Source: Vulcanimicrobiota bacterium (GTDB taxonomy: Bacteria > Vulcanimicrobiota > Vulcanimicrobiia > Vulcanimicrobiales > Vulcanimicrobiaceae). From it: a DNA stretch of 64,000 nucleotides. The position numbers and the translations under genes are program-made. Under the pieces are notes generated by a model that saw only the letters and a list, made by a program, of their open reading frames with translations, was not told the DNA's origin and made no database searches. Shown here in pieces: positions 58,041-64,000 of the stretch; the first letter of the stretch is position 1; every line of letters begins with the position of its first letter. The DNA is taken from NCBI GenBank assembly GCA_963714015.1, contig OY970223.1:416001-480000 (forward strand). The letters are read 5' to 3'.

Positions 58041-59336
58041 GTGCCCATCCCCGCCGCCGACAAGTCATCCGAGGTCCTCGCGGCCGCGAGCGATGCAAAT
58101 CGCCGCGGCGTTCAACTCCACAGTCAGGGACGCCTCGAAGAAGCCGTTATCGCGTTTCGCCAAGGAATCGATCTGCAGCCCTCCCTGGGCGAACTTCACG
58201 TAAACCTCGCAACGACGCTGATGACGCTGGGGCGTTTCGATGAAGCGCGGTCGGTTTACGAACGCGTTCTCGAAATCGACCCGTCCGACATGCGCGCGCA
58301 CTTGGCGATGTACGAACTAGAACAAATCGCGGGGAACACGGAAAAAGCCCTCGCGCATCAGGATCGGCTGCTGCAGCAGCAGACGCTTTTCACGCAGCTT
58401 GCACCGGCGGAACGGCGCAGCATGCTCGTATTGATGGCCCCGGGCGATTGGCAGGCAAACGTCCCGCTCGACTTTCTCGTGGACCGGGCCACGACGACGT
58501 TGCACCGGCTTTATGTAACGTCGCCGGAGAAAGCCTTTGCCGGCGAGCTGCCGCGCGCGGATCTGGTTTTCAACGCCATCGCCGAATCGGATGAAAACAC
58601 CGCTCGATTGCACTACGCGCAAAGGTTCGTCGCTACGCTCGGACTGCCGGTGCTCAACGCGCCGGAACGCGTATTGGCGACGAGCCGCACGCGCGTCTGG
58701 GAAGCGCTGCACGACCTCGACGGCATTACCGTGCCTCGAACGCTGCGCGTACCGGCGCAAGCACTGATCGGCGCCGAACCCCCCATCGCTTATCCGCTCG
58801 TCGTCCGGCCGGTCGGATCGCACGCCGGCCACGGTTTGGAACGGGTCGCAAATCGCGCAGAATTGGACGCGTATCTGCGCGGCACGGTGTCCGAAGATTA
58901 CTATTTGATGCCGTTCGTCGACTTTTCCAAGCCGGACGGCTTCTACCGCAAATACCGCATCATCGTCGTAGACGGCGTTCCCTACGCTTATCACTTGGCG
59001 ATTTCGCCGCGCTGGATGATTCACTACTACAACGCCCCGATGAGCGCGCACGAGTGGATGCGCGCGGAGGAAGAGCATTTTCTGACCCACTTCGAGGACG
59101 TCTTCGGCGCCGAACTGCAGCGGGCACTGCGCGAGATCGCGCGCGTGCTGCGTTTAGAGTACTTCGGCATCGATTGCTCGATCGATCGCGACGGCAACCT
59201 GCTCCTCTTCGAAGCCGATCCGGCAATGATCGTGCATGCCGGAGACGATCCCGCAATGTTCGGCTACAAAATACCGGCCGCCAAGCGAATTTTCAACGCG
59301 TTCGAGAAGCTGATTGACCGTGTTGGATCCCGCTGA
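58041..59336 (+). CDS. TPR + ATP-grasp (RimK-like) protein
   Basis: N-terminal TPRs; YPLVVRPVGSHAG, YRKYR, EYFGIDC, LLFEAD. Confidence 0.8.
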   Translation: MPIPAADKSSEVLAAASDANRRGVQLHSQGRLEEAVIAFRQGIDLQPSLGELHVNLATTLMTLGRFDEARSVYERVLEIDPSDMRAHLAMYELEQIAGNTEKALAHQDRLLQQQTLFTQLAPAERRSMLVLMAPGDWQANVPLDFLVDRATTTLHRLYVTSPEKAFAGELPRADLVFNAIAESDENTARLHYAQRFVATLGLPVLNAPERVLATSRTRVWEALHDLDGITVPRTLRVPAQALIGAEPPIAYPLVVRPVGSHAGHGLERVANRAELDAYLRGTVSEDYYLMPFVDFSKPDGFYRKYRIIVVDGVPYAYHLAISPRWMIHYYNAPMSAHEWMRAEEEHFLTHFEDVFGAELQRALREIARVLRLEYFGIDCSIDRDGNLLLFEADPAMIVHAGDDPAMFGYKIPAAKRIFNAFEKLIDRVGSR

Positions 59337-60766
59337 CTGGGAGAGCTTCCGCGCGCAAGCGCACGAAGCGCTGGACGAGGCGATCGACTATCTTCGGGGC
59401 GTGCGCGAGCGCCCGGTCTGGCAAGCGGTCCCGGACGCGGTCAAAGCGGCCTTCGATCTGCCCTTGCCTGCGCAGGGCGCCCCGTTCGCCGACGTTTACC
59501 GCGAGTTCGCGCAAACGATTCTTCCGTACCCCACGGGAAACATCCATCCGCGCTTCTGGGGCTGGGTGCACGGATCCGGTACGCCGAGCGGCGCCATCGC
59601 CGACATGCTGGCCGCGTTCATGAATTCAAACGTCGGCGGCCGCGATCACGGAGCTGTCTACGTCGAGCGTCAAGTCGTCGCGTGGTTTCGCGATCTTTAC
59701 GGCTGGCCGAAGAGCTCCAGCGGAATACTCGTAACGGGTACCTCCGCCGCAAATCTCATCGCGATCCTTGCGGCGCGCACGAACGCGCTCGGCCATGCCG
59801 CCCGGGAACAGGGTCTGGATCAGCGCGGCGAGGGAGCGTTGATCGGCTATGCATCCGCTGCGACGCACGCTTGCGTCCGCAAGGCATTCGAGATTGCCGG
59901 GTTGGGCGCCGCGAACTTGCGCGTGCTCCCCATTGACGCCGAACATCGAATCGACACGCAGACCGTTCGCGAAGCAATCGCTGCCGATCGCGCGGCCGGA
60001 AAACGTCCGTTTTTGATCGTCGGAAATGCGGGAACGGTCGACGTGGGTGCCGTCGATCCGCTCGCGGATCTCGCCGAACTCGCCGATCTCGAAAACGTGT
60101 GGTTTCACGTGGACGGCGCTTTCGGCGCTACGGCGTATCTCTCGGAGCGCTTGCGGCCCAAGCTGCGTGGAATCGAACGGGCCGATTCCTTGGCTTTCGA
60201 CTTTCATAAGTGGCTGCACGTGCCGTACGACGCCGCATGCGTTTTGGTACGAGAGGCAGAGACGCATCGCGCGGCGTTCGCCGGCGAAGGCCCGTACATC
60301 ACCCGCATGACGCGCGGCCTTGCGGCCGGAGACTCCTTGGTTTGCCGATTATGGGCCGGATCTCTCGCGCGGTTTTCGCGCTCTCAAGGTGTGGTTCGCC
60401 GTAAAGGAATTCGGTGCAGCCGGCCTTGCGGCAGCGATCGAACGCAACTGCGATCAGGCACGGCTTCTCCAGTCGCTGATTGAAGCGGACGAGTTCTTCG
60501 AACTGGTCGCCCCGGTCGAACTGCAGATCGTCTGCTTTCGCCCGCGGCGGCCTCACCTTTCCGCCGAGCAGATCGACCGGCTTACGGACGAGAGCGTGAT
60601 CCGGCTGCAAGAGAGCGGCATCGCGGTCATCTCGTCGACGACCATCTTCGGACGGCGCGCCATGCGCGCATGCATCACGAATCATCGTACGCGGGACGAG
60701 GATCTTCCCATGCTCCTGAATGCCCTGCGGGAGTCGATGCGGGAAGCTGAAGAAGCCCTGACGTAG
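59314..60766 (+). CDS. Group II PLP-dependent amino-acid decarboxylase (frameshift at ~60335)
   Basis: HPRFWGWV, AGTVDVGAVD, WFHVDGAFG, DFHKWL, SRGFRALKVW. Confidence 0.9.
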
Positions 60767-60774
60767 GGCCATTC

Positions 60775-63325
60775 ATGCGGTCGCGCATTACCGAACGGCT
60801 CAGGCGGGCTGCCCGTTTTCCGGTCACATTAATCGTCGCTCCCGCCGGTTTCGGGAAAAGCGTCGCGTTGCGAGATTTTTTGGAAGAGTCCGGCCTCGAA
60901 GCAGTCCGCTGCAACGCGCGGCGCGAGGACGGGACGCTGCTTGCGTTCGTCCGCAGTCTGAGCGAAGCGCTCGAACGGGTCGCTCCCAGCGCGCTCGCAT
61001 CCTATCCTTCGGTTCAGCAGCGCGTTCTGGGGTCGGAAGAGCCCGTGCGGCAATTGGCCGATTGGTTCGCAGAGCATTTGAAAACTGTTTCGTGCACGAT
61101 TGCCATCGACGATCTGCATTTTGCGTCCGTGGACCCCGCCTCTATCGCCCTGCTCGCTGATCTGATCGAACGCACGAGCGAACATCTCAAATGGATCATC
61201 GCGGCGCGCTCGGACGTGGGGTTGCCGGTCGGAACCTGGATTGCGTATGGGCGCATGGACATCGCCGTGGGCGAGGAGGAACTGCGTTTTACGACCGGCG
61301 AGGCTCTTGCCGTGGCCGGGGAATCCGGCTCCGAAATCGATCCTCAGGAAGTGGAAGCGCTGCGCCAGCTCACCGAAGGGTGGCCCGTTGCCCTGACCAT
61401 CGCGTTGCGCACCCGTACGCACGCTCACGATTTGCGAACTGCATCGTTCGGAACTCGCGAGATGGTTTACCGGTACCTCGCCGAGCAGGTTTTCGCCGCA
61501 TTGACGTTGCCGCAGCGCGCATTCGCGCTCTCGACGAGCGTATTCTCGGCATTCGACACGTCCGTAACACGAGCGCTCGGCGCGACGCCGGAGTTCGTTT
61601 CGGAAATTCGCCGCAAAGTGACTTTTCTGCAGGAAACCGAACCGGGCCGCTACCGCTATCACGATTTGTTCCGCGACTTTCTGGAAACGGAGCTCCGGCG
61701 CTCGGGCGAAGGTGAATGGGTGCGCGCAGTTTGCGAAGGCGCTGCCGCACTCGGCCGATCGGGACAAGAGCCTGCCGCACTGCTCCTCTTCGCGAAAGCA
61801 CGCTCGGCGGAAGGCATCGTTTCGATCGTCGACCGCTCGGGCTTCAATCTCTTCGAGAGCGGTGAAGCCGATACGCTCGCAACGGCGCTCGAAGCGTTGC
61901 CGGACGAGGTGCGCCGCACCAATCCGAGCGCACTCGGCTTGAGCGCGATGCTCGAGTCCGGACGGGGACATTTTGAAATTGCGGAGCGAGACTTCAAAGA
62001 AGCGATCGGGCTCGCAGCGGATCCGCATCTTCGCGCGGAACTGGTGCTGCGCTACGCCATAGAGATGGTTCGTCAAGACCGCGACTGCACGCCGCTGCTC
62101 GAACCGTATGCCGGCGCATCCGAGCTCTCACCGGAAGAACAGGCGCCGTTGCTCGCTACGCTGGCGACGGCATATGCGCGCGCCCGCCGCACAGCGGATG
62201 CCGTCAACACCATCCAGCGCGCTCTGGAGATTTTGCCGGCCCGCGCTAACGAAACCGTTCGCGCCCGGATCTACCATCAAGCCGCGTACGTCCATCAGTT
62301 CGTCCACGATCCGGATAAGACGGAGCGCTATGCATCACTGGCAGTCGAAATTGCGCTGCGGCGCAACCTTTACGAGCTGGCGGCGCGGGCGTACAGCATT
62401 CTGTACGCCATACGCTACGAAGCCGACGATCCGCTGGGCAGTCTGACCATTCTCGATCGCCTCGTGGAGTCTGCGCGTAAAGCCGCGTCCAATCAGGCGC
62501 GCCTCTTTGCGTTGATGGCGTCGTATGAAATCCAAGTCGAACGCGGCGACGAAGGAGCGCTGGACGAGCTGGACGGCTCGCTGCAAGAGACCCGCACGAC
62601 CTTTACGCTGGCGCGCGCGGAGGCGCTCGTTCCGGCGCTGGCGATGCGCACGGCGTGGTCCGGTGATTTTCGGGCCGCTTACGAGCTCTGCGCGGGGAAC
62701 GTGCAACAGCAATCTACGGCAGAGCGTCGCGCGCTGCTCTCCGCTCAAGCCAGCTTCTACGCTTTGGCCAGCGGACTCCAAAACGAAGGCGAAGACGCCT
62801 ACCGTGAAGCGGCGTCGGCGCTCGAGCGTACGGGGAAACCGAGCCTGCGGGCGACGCTGACACGCGTATTCTTGGCGCTGGCCGACTTGATTCGCGGGCA
62901 TCACGCCGCGGCGCACCGCCTCCTCACGGACGCCGAAGAAGTGACGGCATGGCCGCGGCCGAGGGCATTTGCGCATGCCGTTCGCATTCTGTACCGAGTG
63001 CATTTGGGGCAAGCCGATGCCGCTGCACTCGAAGTCTCACTCGAACGCTTGAGAACCGCGCAATTCGGCGGCGCCGCGCGTCTTATCGCGGCACTTCCGC
63101 TGCCTCAGAGCAAAGGGGGCGGCTACATGCAGCTCTACGCCCGCCGAGCGCGAGATTCTGGAGCTGCTGTCCGCAGGAGCGAGCACCAAAGAGATTGCGA
63201 ATCGGACCGCCCGCAGCGCCCACACCGTAGACACCCATATACGTGCGATTTGCCGCAAGCTGCAGTGCAGCGGCCGGCGAGAAGCGGTAGCGTTAGCCGT
63301 AGGGGCGGGCTGGGTACATAGGTAG
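60775..63325 (+). CDS. MalT-like STAND ATPase / LuxR regulator (frameshift at ~63138)
   Basis: APAGFGKS, IDDLH, TEGWP; alternative frame gives LuxR HTH EREILELLSAGASTKEIA...TVDTHIRAICRKL ending at 63325. Confidence 0.88.
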
Positions 63326-63367
63326 GCGCACCAGGCGGGGTGGTGGCGACTTGCTTTGGAGTTGCAC

Positions 63368-64000
63368 GTGGAATTCGGATTTCGGCGCACGTGGCTGTTA
63401 GCCGGCTGCACGCTCTTGGCGGCTTGCAGTGTGTCGAATTTGCCGGCGTTGCAGCAGACTGAACGAGCCTCGCAAGGCACGGGCAGCGGACTTCCGGCAA
63501 ACGGCGCCAGCGGTTTGCCCGCGAACGGCGCAAGCGGCATGCCGGCGGGCGACAACCTTAGCCTGCAATCTGCTCGATACGCCCGGTCAGGTAGACTGCA
63601 CCATCGCAATCAATCTCAACGTTCAGCCGAACGGCAATCCGAATACTCCGGGCGGCCTGCTTCCGGGATACCATCCTGCGGATCTTCAGGCGGCATACGC
63701 GTTGCCTTCACAACTCAAAGGCGGAACGGTCGCAATCGTGGACGCATACGACGACCCGCTAGCCGAAATCGATTTGGCGGTGTACCGCGCTACGTTCGAC
63801 CTGCCGGCATGCACGACGTCGAACGGATGCTTCAAACGCGTCAACGAAGAGGGCGGCACGAAAAGCTACCCGTTGCCGAACCTGCAATGGCAGCAAGAGA
63901 TCTCGCTCGACATGGACATGGTTTCGGCCATCTGTCCCAACTGCAGCATTCTGCTGGTCGAAGCGAACACGCCGAGCATCCAGGATCTCGGCACGTCGGT
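63368..64000 (+). CDS. S53 (sedolisin-like) / S8 peptidase lipoprotein, partial
   Basis: GTG start with lipobox LLAAC; GYHPADLQAAY, TVAIVDAYDD, EISLDMDMVSAICP, ILLVEA. Confidence 0.85.
   Translation, partial: MEFGFRRTWLLAGCTLLAACSVSNLPALQQTERASQGTGSGLPANGASGLPANGASGMPAGDNLSLQSARYARSGRLHHRNQSQRSAERQSEYSGRPASGIPSCGSSGGIRVAFTTQRRNGRNRGRIRRPASRNRFGGVPRYVRPAGMHDVERMLQTRQRRGRHEKLPVAEPAMAARDLARHGHGFGHLSQLQHSAGRSEHAEHPGSRHVG

Overview
GC-rich bacterial chromosome segment. The gene content (several MalT-like STAND-LuxR regulators, S53 lipoprotein, DUF5069) is reminiscent of Ca. Eremiobacterota/Vulcanimicrobia, which is an inference only. Many genes, including housekeeping ones, are split by 1-bp indels, probably long-read consensus errors. 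Positions 1-7.6 kb and 25-64 kb are mostly core or ordinary accessory genes (eno, ndk, birA, acpS, nnr, ligA, uvrA, uvrB, prs, rplY, pth, an ECF sigma/anti-sigma/ABC module, GGDEF, PLP decarboxylase). The main feature is a visibly more AT-rich defence island integrated at tRNA-Glu(UUC). An exact 26-bp duplication of the tRNA 3' end (10451-10476 / 24799-24824) bounds about 14.3 kb. An identical 19-bp internally repeated motif lies just inside both ends, and no integrase is recognisable. A diverged ~110-bp copy of the island's left-end sequence at ~8026-8135 marks a probable second, older 2.4-kb unit stacked in tandem, carrying a NucS-like nuclease. Island cargo includes: a five-gene operon (SPPY DNA methyltransferase, BglII/BstYI-like endonuclease, ParB/Srx-like protein, SNF2 helicase, DUF3883 nuclease); a HEPN + gamma-glutamylcyclotransferase-fold gene; a PUA/EVE-like gene; a putative restriction-fold nuclease; a SIR2-like remnant; and a ~1400-aa nuclease-STAND (Avs-like) gene. 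All family assignments come from motif recognition by eye, not from database searches.
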